From Actinomycetota bacterium (GTDB lineage Bacteria; Actinomycetota; UBA4738), in the NCBI GenBank assembly GCA_036505215.1, contig DASXTW010000085.1, positions 656 through 64,655 on the forward strand: DNA of 64,000 nucleotides, written 5' to 3'. Numbering within the stretch: the first letter of the stretch is position 1; each line of letters starts with the position of its first letter. Shown piece by piece: positions 29,681 to 39,771 of the stretch. Below the pieces are notes generated by a model. That model worked only from the letters and a program-made list of their open reading frames with translations. It was not told the origin of the DNA and made no database searches. The translations under genes and the position numbers were made by a program.

Positions 29681-29801
29681 GACAGCACCACCTCCACCCC
29701 AACACCTCGAAGCCTACGCCGATCGGCCGGTGACAAGGGCGCGCCTTTCACCAGCGGGTCGACCTCTTCGATGGCATCACTTGTGCCGCTGAGCGTCCCG
29801 A

Positions 29802-30560
29802 TCACGCCAGGACCACCTCCACCCCGGCCTCCTCGAGCGCCTGCCGGTCGGACGGGCCCAGGCCCGCGTCGGTGACCAGCGCATCGACCTCCTCGATCGA
29901 CGCGAAGCGCACGGCGTCCTCTTCGCCCACCTTGGTGTGGTCGGCGATCACGACGACCTGCTGCGCCGCCCGGCACATCGATCGCTTCACCGCCGCCTCG
30001 CTGGGGTCGGGTGTCGAAAGGCCACGCTCGAGGGTCAGCCCATTGGTCCCGATGAACGCCACGTCCACCCGCAGGTCGGCCAGCTCGCGCAGCGCCCAGT
30101 CGTCGACGTGGGCGAGGGTGCGTCCGCGGACGCGGCCTCCGATCACGTACAGCTGGAGGTTTCGTCGAGCGGCCAGCTCCAGCCCCACGGGCAGAGAATT
30201 CGTGAAGACCGTGAGCTCACGGTCGGGAAATACCTGGGCTAGCGCGAGGGTCGTCGTCCCCGCGTCCAGGAGCACCGTGCCGCGGTCGGGCACGAACGAG
30301 AGCGCGGCGGATGCTATCCGGCCCTTCTCACTCGCCATCGACGCGGCCTTCTCGGCGATCGCCGGCTCCGCCCGGAAACGCTCGGTGGGGATGGCTCCCC
30401 CGTGGACGCGACGAAGGACGTTACGGCGCTCCAGGTCCGTCAGGTCTCGCCGGATGGTCTCCGGGGTCACTTCGAACCGGTTTGCGAGTTCCAAGACGTC
30501 GCCCCGACCGTTCTGCCGGACCAGCACGGCGATCTCTTGGCGTCTCTCCTCCCCGTACAT
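29802..30560 (-). CDS. DeoR family transcriptional regulator (FruR-like)
   Basis: N-terminal DeoR HTH (ELANRFEVTPETIRRDL) and a DeoR C-terminal sugar-binding domain. Confidence 0.85.
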   Translation of the reverse strand: MYGEERRQEIAVLVRQNGRGDVLELANRFEVTPETIRRDLTDLERRNVLRRVHGGAIPTERFRAEPAIAEKAASMASEKGRIASAALSFVPDRGTVLLDAGTTTLALAQVFPDRELTVFTNSLPVGLELAARRNLQLYVIGGRVRGRTLAHVDDWALRELADLRVDVAFIGTNGLTLERGLSTPDPSEAAVKRSMCRAAQQVVVIADHTKVGEEDAVRFASIEEVDALVTDAGLGPSDRQALEEAGVEVVLA

Positions 30561-30970
30561 GCCACCTCCGAGTCTGCCCGGTTAGTTCCGAGTCCGTGGG
30601 ATTCTGCCCGATTGCCCGCCTCGTTGTCAAGGCCCAGACAGAAACAAAAGTCGAAGCCCCCCTCGACGGACGAGGCCAGGCCCCGAGACGACGGGACAGG
30701 CCCGGGGCAAAGGCTCAGAGGAACCGGCCGTCGTTCGACTGTAGCTGGACGTTTGAAACCAAGCCGAACTGGGTACCCGCCTCGCACCTTATCGGTGGGG
30801 GACATGTGCGGGTTCGGGGAGTTGCGACCCCTGGTTCAGGGACGATCGGCGATCGAGAGGGGGCTCCAAACGGCGGGCGTTCCCCGCTCGGAGTCGTCGG
30901 TGATTTCCGTGCGGACCCGACGGCTCAGGCCCGTGGCGTCGCGCATCTTTCGTCTGAAGCGCTCGCCACG

Positions 30971-32674
30971 GTGGTCCTCTTCGACGAGCACCTGAGCCAC
31001 TGCGCCACCACGGCGGATGTGATCTCGGCCGCGGTGGGGCCCGGTCTCGAAGCCTTCGGGGCAAAGGCTGCGGTTATCGGATTGACCGACTTCCGGCTCC
31101 GCCTCGAGCCCGTCGTCGGCAGTCCGGGGATCGAGGGCTTCGCTGCCCGATGCGCCGAACTTGCCCTGGACGCGCCGCTGCCGATCACCGAGACCATCCG
31201 CACCGGCAGGCCGGTCGGCCAGCGACCCCTTGCGGATGGCCTCATGGGAGAAGGATCCCCGACCGATCTCGGAGCGGTTCGCGAGTGTACCCTCCCTATC
31301 CTCGGCACTCGGGGAGTTGTTGGAGCCCTCTGGCTCTTCCTCGGTCCGGACGACCCGCCGATTGACGATGCGCTTCTGCCCGTTCTGATCGGCCGGCTGG
31401 GTGCGGCCATCGACAGAGCCCGCATACTGGAGTCGGAGCGGCGGATGCGCGCTCGGGCCGAGTGGTCTGCGGCCAGGTTGTCGCGACTGCAATCGCTGAC
31501 TTCGGGTCTTTCGGCGGCGCTCGGCCCTGTGGACGTCGCCGACGTGGTCATGACCCATGCCCTCGCCGAGCTTGGCGCGACCGGAGGCACGTGCTACATG
31601 CTGGCCGAGGACCGAACCCTGCGGCCGGTGCGCTCCATCGGGGACGAGAGGGCGTCCACCAACGCGATCTCGATTACGAACGACGACCCACTGGGGACGA
31701 TCCTCAAGCGGAGCGTGGTGGTCGTCCTTCCGCCCGAGTCCGCCGCCTCTGCCGGACGCGATGACGGCAGTCTCAAGGCAGTCGTTCCGCTCGCGATCAG
31801 AGGCGAGGTCCTCGGCGCCATCGAGTTGATCTTCCCCCGAGACAAGGATCTGGACGGAGACCTCCGGTCGTTCCTGGCCGCTCTTGGGACCCAGTGCGCC
31901 CAGGCCGTCGAGCGTGCGCGCTTGTACGCCCAGCGCGCGAGGGAGGCTCATGTGTTGCAGGCCTCCCTGATGCCACCTGCCCTCCCCAGCATCCCCGGGC
32001 TCGATATCGCCGCGGCGTACCGTCCGTTCGGAGATGGAACCGTCGTTGGCGGGGACTTCTATGACGTCTATGCCCTCGGAGAAGGCCGATGGGGCCTCGT
32101 GGTCGGTGACGTGTCCGGCAAGGGAATCGAAGCGGCCGCGATCACGGCCCTCGCGCGCCACACGACTCGGGCCGCGGCGCTTCTTGGTATGGGGCCCGCC
32201 GACGTCTTGCAGACCTTGAATCGAGTGATGCTCTCGGAGCCCCTCGGCGAACGCTTCTGCACGATCGTCCACGGCATCCTCGAGCCGTCCGCGGAGGGTG
32301 TTGCCGTCACGCTGAGTCTCGGCGGGCATCCACGTCCGCTCCTGCTGGATCGACGGAAGGGAACCGTGCGCGCGGTGGGAAGACCTGGCACCGCTGTAGG
32401 AGTGCTGGCCGATCCCACGCTGCTCGAAACGCGCCTGACGCTGCACAGCGGAGACGTCCTCGTCTTCTTCACCGACGGGTGCGTCGACTTCCATGCCGAG
32501 GGCCGGACCACGTCCGACGAGACCGTGCTGCTCGGCGTGCTTCGCGAGCACGCCGAGGAAGATGCCGGCCAACTCACGAAACGTCTCGAAGATGAGGTCT
32601 TGAATTCGAAGGGAGGACCGAGCGCGGACGACGTCGCGTTGCTCGTCATGCGAGCGCGGAACGATGAACCCTAG
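30971..32674 (+). CDS. GAF-domain PP2C serine phosphatase (SpoIIE/RsbU family)
   Basis: PP2C motifs ([22 protein letters not shown]) at the C-terminus and a GAF-like N-terminus. The longer ORF overlaps the divergent DeoR gene, so an in-frame GTG at 30971 is proposed and the start is uncertain. Confidence 0.7.
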   Translation: MVLFDEHLSHCATTADVISAAVGPGLEAFGAKAAVIGLTDFRLRLEPVVGSPGIEGFAARCAELALDAPLPITETIRTGRPVGQRPLADGLMGEGSPTDLGAVRECTLPILGTRGVVGALWLFLGPDDPPIDDALLPVLIGRLGAAIDRARILESERRMRARAEWSAARLSRLQSLTSGLSAALGPVDVADVVMTHALAELGATGGTCYMLAEDRTLRPVRSIGDERASTNAISITNDDPLGTILKRSVVVVLPPESAASAGRDDGSLKAVVPLAIRGEVLGAIELIFPRDKDLDGDLRSFLAALGTQCAQAVERARLYAQRAREAHVLQASLMPPALPSIPGLDIAAAYRPFGDGTVVGGDFYDVYALGEGRWGLVVGDVSGKGIEAAAITALARHTTRAAALLGMGPADVLQTLNRVMLSEPLGERFCTIVHGILEPSAEGVAVTLSLGGHPRPLLLDRRKGTVRAVGRPGTAVGVLADPTLLETRLTLHSGDVLVFFTDGCVDFHAEGRTTSDETVLLGVLREHAEEDAGQLTKRLEDEVLNSKGGPSADDVALLVMRARNDEP

Positions 32675-32731
32675 CCGCTCCACGCAACGGCGCGCTGTCC
32701 GTATGGAGGTTCGGGAACGAAGGGGGGACCG

Positions 32732-35700
32732 ATGAAGGCTCGTGCCAGAGGCACGGAAGAAGGATCGCCGCGCGCGCCGGCGAAGAAGCGGGCCGCCCGA
32801 CCTGCGTCGAAGAACGGCCACAGCGAAGACGGCGACCTCGTGCTCCAAGAGCTGCTCGATGCGCTCGTCGAGCTCAAGCGGGGCGACTTCCGCGTGCGAC
32901 TGCCCGCCCGACGCTCGGGTCTGCCGGGCAGGATCGGGGGGGCGTTCAACGATTGCGTGGAACTGATCGATGGGACGACGCGAGAGATCGACAGGGTGTC
33001 CAGGCTGGTGGGTCGCGAAGGCCGCGTGTCGGAGCGAATCGTCCTGACCGGGGCCGAGGGGACCTGGGCGGCCCGAGCAGCCGCGATGAACGGGCTCATC
33101 GACGATCTGATCCGCCCGATGACGGAGATCGCCCGGGTGATCGAGGCCGTTGCGCTCGGCGATCTCTCCCAGAGGGTGGCGCTCAGCATCCACGGGAGAC
33201 CGATCAGGGGCGAGTATCTACGGATCGGGAAGGCCGTCAACGCCATGGTCGACCAGCTCTCCTCGTTCGGCGCCGAGGTCAGCCGCGTGGCGAAGGAAGT
33301 TGGTACGGATGGCAAGCTCGGCGGCCAGGCGAAGGTCAGAGGCCTCTCCGGCAGGTGGAAGGACCTGACCGACAACGTCAACCTGATGGCCTCCAACCTC
33401 ACTGCCCAGGTGCGCGACATCGCTCGGGTCGCCACGGCCGTGGCGAGGGGGGACCTTTCCCAAAAGATCACCGTCGACGTCAAGGGCGAGATCGTCGAGC
33501 TGAAGAACACCATCAACACAATGGTCGACCAGCTCTCCTCGTTCGCCGACGAGGTGACGCGCGTCGCGCGCGAGGTGGGCACCGAGGGGAAGCTCGGGGG
33601 TCAGGCCAACGTGAAGGGCGTGTCGGGCACGTGGAGAGACCTCACGGACAGCGTCAACCTCATGGCGTCGAACCTGACGAGTCAGGTCCGGAACATCGCG
33701 CAGGTAGCGAGCGCGGTCGCCCGGGGGGATCTGTCCCAGAAGATCACCGTCGGAGCCGAGGGGGAGGTCGCCGCGCTTGCCGACACCATCAACTCGATGA
33801 CCGACACGCTGCGCGTCTTCGGCGACGAAGTCACGCGCGTTCGCGCGCGAGGTCGGTACCGAGGGCAGGCTTGGTGGACAGGCCGAAGTCCCCGGGGTCG
33901 CGGGGACGTGGAAGGACCTGACCGAGAGCGTGAACTCTATGGCCTTCAACCTCACCGCCCAGGTCCGCAACATCGCCCAGGTGGCAACGGCGGTCGCCAA
34001 GGGCGATCTTTCGCAGAAGATCACGGTCGACGTCCGCGGCGAGATCCTCGAGCTGAAGGACACCATCAACACGATGGTGGATCAGCTTTCATCGTTTGCG
34101 GACGAGGTCACCCGAGTCGCTCGCGAGGTGGGCACCGAGGGGAACCTCGGCGGCCAGGCGCAGGTGAAGGGCGTCTCAGGAACGTGGAAAGACTTGACCG
34201 ACAACGTCAACTTCATGGCGTCCAACCTGACCAGTCAGGTGCGCGACATCGCGCGGGTGACGACCGCGGTGGCCAAGGGCGACCTCTCGCAGAAGATCAC
34301 CGTGGACGTCAAGGGCGAGATCCTCGAGCTCAAGGACACCATCAACACGATGGTCGACCAGTTGAGGTCGTTCGCCGATGAGGTGACGCGCGTCGCGCGC
34401 GAGGTCGGAACGGAGGGCAGGCTGGGTGGCCAGGCTGAGGTATTCGGTGTCTCGGGAACATGGAAGGGCCTGACCGACAGCGTGAACTTCATGGCCTCGA
34501 ACCTGACCGACCAGGTGTGGAACATCGCCCAGGTGGCCACGGCCGTCGCTCGTGGCGACCTGTCGCAGAAGATCACGGTCGATGTCCGCGGCGAGATCCT
34601 CGAGCTGAAAGACACCATCAACACGATGGTGGATCAGCTTCGAGCGTTCGCCGACGAGGTCACCCGCGTCGCGCGCGAGGTGGGGACCGAAGGCAAGCTG
34701 GGGGGTCAGGCGGAGGTGTTGGGCGTCGCAGGCACGTGGAAGGACCTCACCGACAACGTCAACTTCATGGCGTCCAACCTGACCAGCCAGGTGCGCGACA
34801 TCGCACGGGTGACGACCGCGGTGGCCAAGGGCGACCTCTCGCAGAAGATCACCGTCGACGTCCGGGGCGAGATCCTCGAGCTCAAGAACACCATCAACAC
34901 CATGGTGGACCAGCTCTCCTCGTTCGCCGACGAGGTCACCCGCGTGGCGCGCGAAGTGGGCACCGAAGGCAAGCTCGGGGGCCAGGCACAGGTCCCCGGT
35001 GTCGGGGGCACCTGGAAGGGCCTCACGGAGAATGTGAATTCCATGGCGTCGAACCTGACGGGCCAGGTGCGGACATCGCCCAGGTCACCACGGCGGTTGC
35101 CCGTGGCGACCTGTCGCACAAGATCACCGTGGACGTCAAGGGGGAGATCCTGGAGCTCAAGAACACCATCAACACCATGGTGGACCAGCTCTCCTCCTTC
35201 GCCGACGAGGTGACTCGGGTCGCCCGCGAGGTGGGGACCGAGGGAAAGCTCGGCGGCCAGGCCCACGTACCCGGCGTATCGGGGACGTGGAAGGACCTGA
35301 CCGACAACGTGAACTCCATGGCCGGAAACCTGACCGCGCAGGTCCGGAACATCGCTCAGGTGGCGACGGCCGTCGCTCGCGGGGATCTGTCGCAGAAGGT
35401 CACGGTCGATGTACGAGGGGAGATCCTGGAGCTGAAAGACACGATCAACACCATGGTCGATCAGCTCTCCTCATTCGCCGACGAGGTCACCCGGGTGGCG
35501 CACGAGGTGGGGACGGAGGGGAAGCTCGGCGGGCAGGCCGAGGTCGAGGACGTCTCTGGTACCTGGCGCCATCTGACCGAGAGCGTCAACCAGCTTGCCC
35601 AGAACCTGACGACTCAGGTCCGAGCGATCGCCGACGTGGCAACTGCCGTTACCCAGGGCGACCTCACGCGTAGCATCGACGTGGAGGCCCGGGGGGAAGT

Positions 35701-37819
35701 CTCGGAGCTCAGGAACAACATCAACTACATGATCCGCAACCTTCGTGAGACCACACAGAAGAGCGCGGAGCAGGACTGGCTCAAGACGAACCTCGCCCGG
35801 ATCTCCCGTTTGATGCAAGGACAGCGAGACCTGCGGGAGCTCTCCCAATTGATCATGTCCGAGGTCACCCCGGTGGTGTCCGCGCAACATGGCGCGTTCT
35901 TCATGGCCGGTGCCGAGGGGAGCGACCTCGAGCTGAGACTGATCGCCTCGTACGCGTACAAGTCCCGGAAGAAAGCGTCCAACCAGTTTCGTCTGGGCGA
36001 GGGTCTCGTCGGCCAGGCGGCAGTCGAAAAGAAGCCAATACTGGTAACCGATCCCCCCGAGGGCTACATCCGGGTTTCCTCCGGCATCGGGGAAGGACGG
36101 CCCGCCGCGATCGTCGTGCTCCCAGTCGTCTTCGAAGAACAGGTCCTGGCCGTCATCGAGCTCGCCTCGTTCAAGCCGTTCACGGAAGCCAGCTTGATGT
36201 TCCTCGAACAGCTGGTCGAGACGATCGGTGTCGTTCTCAACGGCGTTATTGCGAACATGCGAACCGAGGAGCTGCTCGCCGAGTCCCAGCGACTGGCCCA
36301 GGAGCTCCAGAGCCAATCCATGGAGCTGCAGCACGGACAGGAGAGGCTGCGGCAGACGAACGCGGAGCTCGAGGAGAAGGCACGCCAGTTGGAGGAGCAG
36401 AACCGCAGCATCGAGCTCAAGAACCGCGAGATCGAGATCGCGAGAAAGGGCTTGGAAGAGAAGGCGCGGCAGCTTGCTCTGGCCTCCAAGTACAAGTCCG
36501 AATTCCTCGCGAACATGTCCCACGAGCTGCGCACTCCTCTCAACAGCCTGATGGTCCTCGCGCAGCTCCTCGCTTCGAATCCCGATGGCACTCTCTCTTC
36601 CCGGCAGGTGGAGTTCGCCGACACGATCTACGATGCGGGGAAGGATCTTCTTGGCTTGATCAACGACATCTTGGACCTGAGTAAGGTCGAGGCCGGACGG
36701 CTCGACATCACCCCCGCCGACGTGGCGGTCGCCGACATCCGCGAGTCGATCGAGCAGGGATTCCGGCCACTCGCCGAGCAAAAGGGGCTCTCCCTCGACG
36801 TATCAATCGGAGCGGAGTGTCCGCCCTCCTTCGAAACCGATCTGCAACGGCTTCAGCAGATCCTGAACAACCTGCTGTCCAACGCGGTCAAGTTCACCAA
36901 CGAAGGCGGTGTTACCGTTCGGATCGATCGAGCACCGGACGCCCTCGGCTACTCCACCTCTCAGCTCGAAAAAGCTGGAACCGTCCTCGCCTTCACGGTC
37001 AGCGACACGGGGATCGGGATCGCCCCGGACCAGCTCGATGCGATCTTCGAAGCGTTCCGCCAGGCGGACGGGACCGCCAGCCGCCGCTTCGGAGGCACCG
37101 GCCTCGGTCTGTCCATCAGCCGGGAGGTGGCGCGCCTGCTCGGCGGAGAGATCCGCGTCGAGAGCAGCGTCGATGAAGGCAGCATGTTCACGCTGTACCT
37201 CCCACGGAGCTACGTTCCAGTCGAGCCTGCGAGCCGCGAGACAGCGCGCCCCTCTCTGCACGAGCAGGACAAGGCCGCGTCGATCGAAGCACGCGACGGG
37301 CGCAGCCGCGAACTGCCAGAGCAGTCGGAGCCATTGAGCGTCGTCCTCTTCGAGCCGCAGCCGAGCGACGGGCAAGATCTCGCAGATTTCCTTCGAGCGC
37401 GGAACGGCATGCCGCTCACCACCGGAGGCGGGAAGGAGGAGCTGCTGGCCGGGAAGCAGGTCCTCATCGTCGACGATGACATCCGGAACGTCTTCGCACT
37501 CACGAACGCGCTCGAAAGCCAGGGCTCGACCGTGCTGTTCGCGGAGAACGGCCGCGAGGCGCTGGATGTCCTGTATCGCAACCCCGAGATCGACCTCGTC
37601 TTGATGGACATCATGATGCCCGACATGGACGGGTACGAGACGACGAGGACGATCCGGAGCACCCCTCAGTTCGCGGAGCTCCCGATCATCGCAGTCACGG
37701 CCAAGGCCATGAAAGGGGACCGCGAAAAGACATTGGCCGCGGGGGCCACCGACTACATCGCCAAGCCCCTGGACGTGGACGAGCTGCTGGCCAAGGTTCG
37801 GGCCCGTCTGCTCGGATAA
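32732..37819 (+). CDS. Giant hybrid sensor histidine kinase: poly-HAMP array (nine or ten 92-aa units), GAF, coiled coil, HisKA, HATPase and C-terminal REC. The reading frame is interrupted by two compensating frameshifts (+1 near 33840, -1 near 35073)
   Basis: Three overlapping ORFs (32732..34381, 33930..35213, 34460..37819) all encode the same repeat in the correct frame once joined. The repeat is [92 protein letters not shown]. H-box ([10 protein letters not shown]), ATPase motifs (GGTGLGLSI) and REC motifs (VLIVDDD ... [13 protein letters not shown]) are present. Confidence 0.8.
33110..35770 (+). repeat. Tandem 276-bp (92-codon) coding repeats, about 9.5 units; units starting at 33386, 33662, 33939, 34215, 34491, 34767, 35043 and 35318 are near-identical
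   Basis: The ATG of each MASNLT unit recurs at 276 +/-1 nt spacing. The 277 and 275 nt spacings coincide with the two frameshifts. Confidence 0.9.
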
Positions 37820-37822
37820 CCG

Positions 37823-38974
37823 ATGGCGACCATCCTGCTGGTCGATGATCGAGCCGAGAATCTGCGCGCGCTCGAGGCCGTGCTCGAACCTCTCGGACAC
37901 ACCCTGCTCAGGGCGCAGTCTGCCGACGAGGCGCTCGCGTGCCTCCTGAGGGAGGAGGTCGCTCTCATCCTCCTCGACGTGATGATGCCGGGGCTCGACG
38001 GATTCGAGACAGCAGAGCTCATCAAGCAGAGAGAGAGAACCCGCGACATCCCGATCATTTTCCTGACGGCCATCAACCAGGCCATCGAACATCACCTCAG
38101 GGGATACGAAGTGGGCGCAGTGGATTACATCAACAAGCCATTCGACGCCCACATCCTCCGCTCGAAGGTATCCGTGTTCCTCGATCTCAACGAGAAGCGC
38201 GACCTGTTGCGGGCGCAGACCGAAGAGCTCCGGAAACGGCTGAACGAGCGGGACCGAGCGCAGCGCGCGCTGGTGCGCCGGACCGCCGAGCTGGCGCGAT
38301 CCAACAGGGAGCTCGACCAGTTGGTTCAGATCGCCTCTCACGACATCCGTGAGCCACTTGACACCATGGCGGGATTCCTCGAGATCATCGCTCAGGAATC
38401 CGCCCGTTCGGCCGGGGACGATGTCCGGCTCCTGCTCACCCGGGCAATCGCCCAGGTCGAGCGCATGCGCGACGCGATCGACAAACTGGTCGGGTCGGCG
38501 AGCTCTGGCCAGGGGCTCGAAGCGAGCGAGGTCGTGGCTTTCGACAAGGTCCTCGACCAGGCGCTCGACGATCTCGAGAGCCCATTGGCGGAGAACGGCG
38601 CGCGCGTCGTCCGATCGCCACTCCCAGCCGTACGCGGAGACTTCTGGCAGCTCGTCGAGTTGGTCGAGGTCCTGATCGAACACGCCCTCAAGCTTCGAGG
38701 GGACGAAGCTCCCGAAGTGCGAATCCACGCGAGTGAAGGCTCGACGGAGCATCTGATCTCGATCGGCAACAACGGGGTTGCGATCGACCCGCGTGATGCC
38801 GCTCGGCGCTTCACCGTGTTCGCCACGATGGGCTCCCCGTCCGGTGGGATCCTCGACGTCGGTCTGGTCACGTGCCGCAGGATCATCGAGCGGCACGGTG
38901 GGCGAATCTGGCTCGAATCTCAGCCGGGAAGCGGATCCACGGTCTTCTTCACGCTTCCCCCAGCCGAGCACTGA
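37823..38974 (+). CDS. Hybrid REC-histidine kinase (receiver, HisKA, HATPase)
   Basis: REC motifs (ILLVDD ... ILLDVMMPGLDG), H-box (SHDIREPL) and an ATPase C-terminus. Starts 4 nt after the poly-HAMP kinase stop. Confidence 0.85.
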   Translation: MATILLVDDRAENLRALEAVLEPLGHTLLRAQSADEALACLLREEVALILLDVMMPGLDGFETAELIKQRERTRDIPIIFLTAINQAIEHHLRGYEVGAVDYINKPFDAHILRSKVSVFLDLNEKRDLLRAQTEELRKRLNERDRAQRALVRRTAELARSNRELDQLVQIASHDIREPLDTMAGFLEIIAQESARSAGDDVRLLLTRAIAQVERMRDAIDKLVGSASSGQGLEASEVVAFDKVLDQALDDLESPLAENGARVVRSPLPAVRGDFWQLVELVEVLIEHALKLRGDEAPEVRIHASEGSTEHLISIGNNGVAIDPRDAARRFTVFATMGSPSGGILDVGLVTCRRIIERHGGRIWLESQPGSGSTVFFTLPPAEH

Positions 38975-39735
38975 TGTTCACCCTCCTGGTGGTCGACGAC
39001 GATGCAGATTCCCGGTTGCTCGTTGCCCACGCGCTCAGGGGATCGGAGACGTTCCAGATCATCGGCGAGGCGGCGGGGGCCGAAGATGCCGTTTCCCTGG
39101 CCTCATCGTGGCATCCCGACATCGTGATGTTGGATCCGGTGCTGGTGGGAGCAGACGGCCTGTGGGCGCTGCCCCGCGTCCGCGAAGCTGCTCCGGGAAC
39201 GAAGGTCGTGCTCCATTCATCGTTCCCATCATCAGAGCTTCGATTTGCCGCCTTGTCCGGGGGAGCCGTCGGATATCTCGAGAAGAGTCGCCCCCGACTG
39301 ACCCTCGGCGACGACCTGCTTGCCGTGTGCGGTCTGCTCGATGTCGTCGAGGCTGGGATCAACGAGGCAAAGGCGCGCCTTGGTCCGAACCTCCAGACGC
39401 CACGCCTGGCGAGACGCTTCGTCAAGCAAGCGCTCGATCGATGGGGAGTGAGGAGCGAGGTCGAGCTGGTCGAGCTCCTCGTGAGCGAACTCGTCACCAA
39501 CTCCATCGTCCACGCCCGGTCCGACGTGGAAGTCTCCGTTACCGTTGCTTCGGACCTCGTACGCGTGGCCGTGTTCGATTCCAGCCTCGAACCGCCGATC
39601 CGTAGGGCGGTACGACCAGACGGGGCATCGGGTCGTGGCCTCCTCATGCTCGACGCGCTCTGTTCAGCCTGGGGAAGCGACGTCACGCCCGGGGGGAAGA
39701 GCGTGTGGTTCGAGATCAAGAACGAATTCCGCTGA
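38974..39735 (+). CDS. Receiver (REC) domain fused to an RsbW-like GHKL ATPase/serine kinase domain
   Basis: REC motifs (LLVVDDD ... IVMLD) and a C-terminal anti-sigma-factor-type HATPase_c (ELVTNSIVHA ... GRGLLMLDAL). The start overlaps the upstream stop in a TGATG junction. Confidence 0.7.
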   Translation: MFTLLVVDDDADSRLLVAHALRGSETFQIIGEAAGAEDAVSLASSWHPDIVMLDPVLVGADGLWALPRVREAAPGTKVVLHSSFPSSELRFAALSGGAVGYLEKSRPRLTLGDDLLAVCGLLDVVEAGINEAKARLGPNLQTPRLARRFVKQALDRWGVRSEVELVELLVSELVTNSIVHARSDVEVSVTVASDLVRVAVFDSSLEPPIRRAVRPDGASGRGLLMLDALCSAWGSDVTPGGKSVWFEIKNEFR

Positions 39736-39771
39736 CCCTTCGTTGTCATCGGGCTCGGTTATTCTCTGGGC

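Noticed and set aside
33218-35352. Minus-strand ORFs with repeated [31 protein letters not shown] segments
   Set aside because: They are the antisense image of the 276-bp HAMP coding repeats, so their periodicity is inherited from the sense strand and they are not genes.
33110-35770. Possible CRISPR array, suggested by the regular tandem repeats
   Set aside because: The repeats are 276 bp, contiguous with no unique spacers, lie in frame within a kinase gene and encode HAMP domains. This is not CRISPR architecture.
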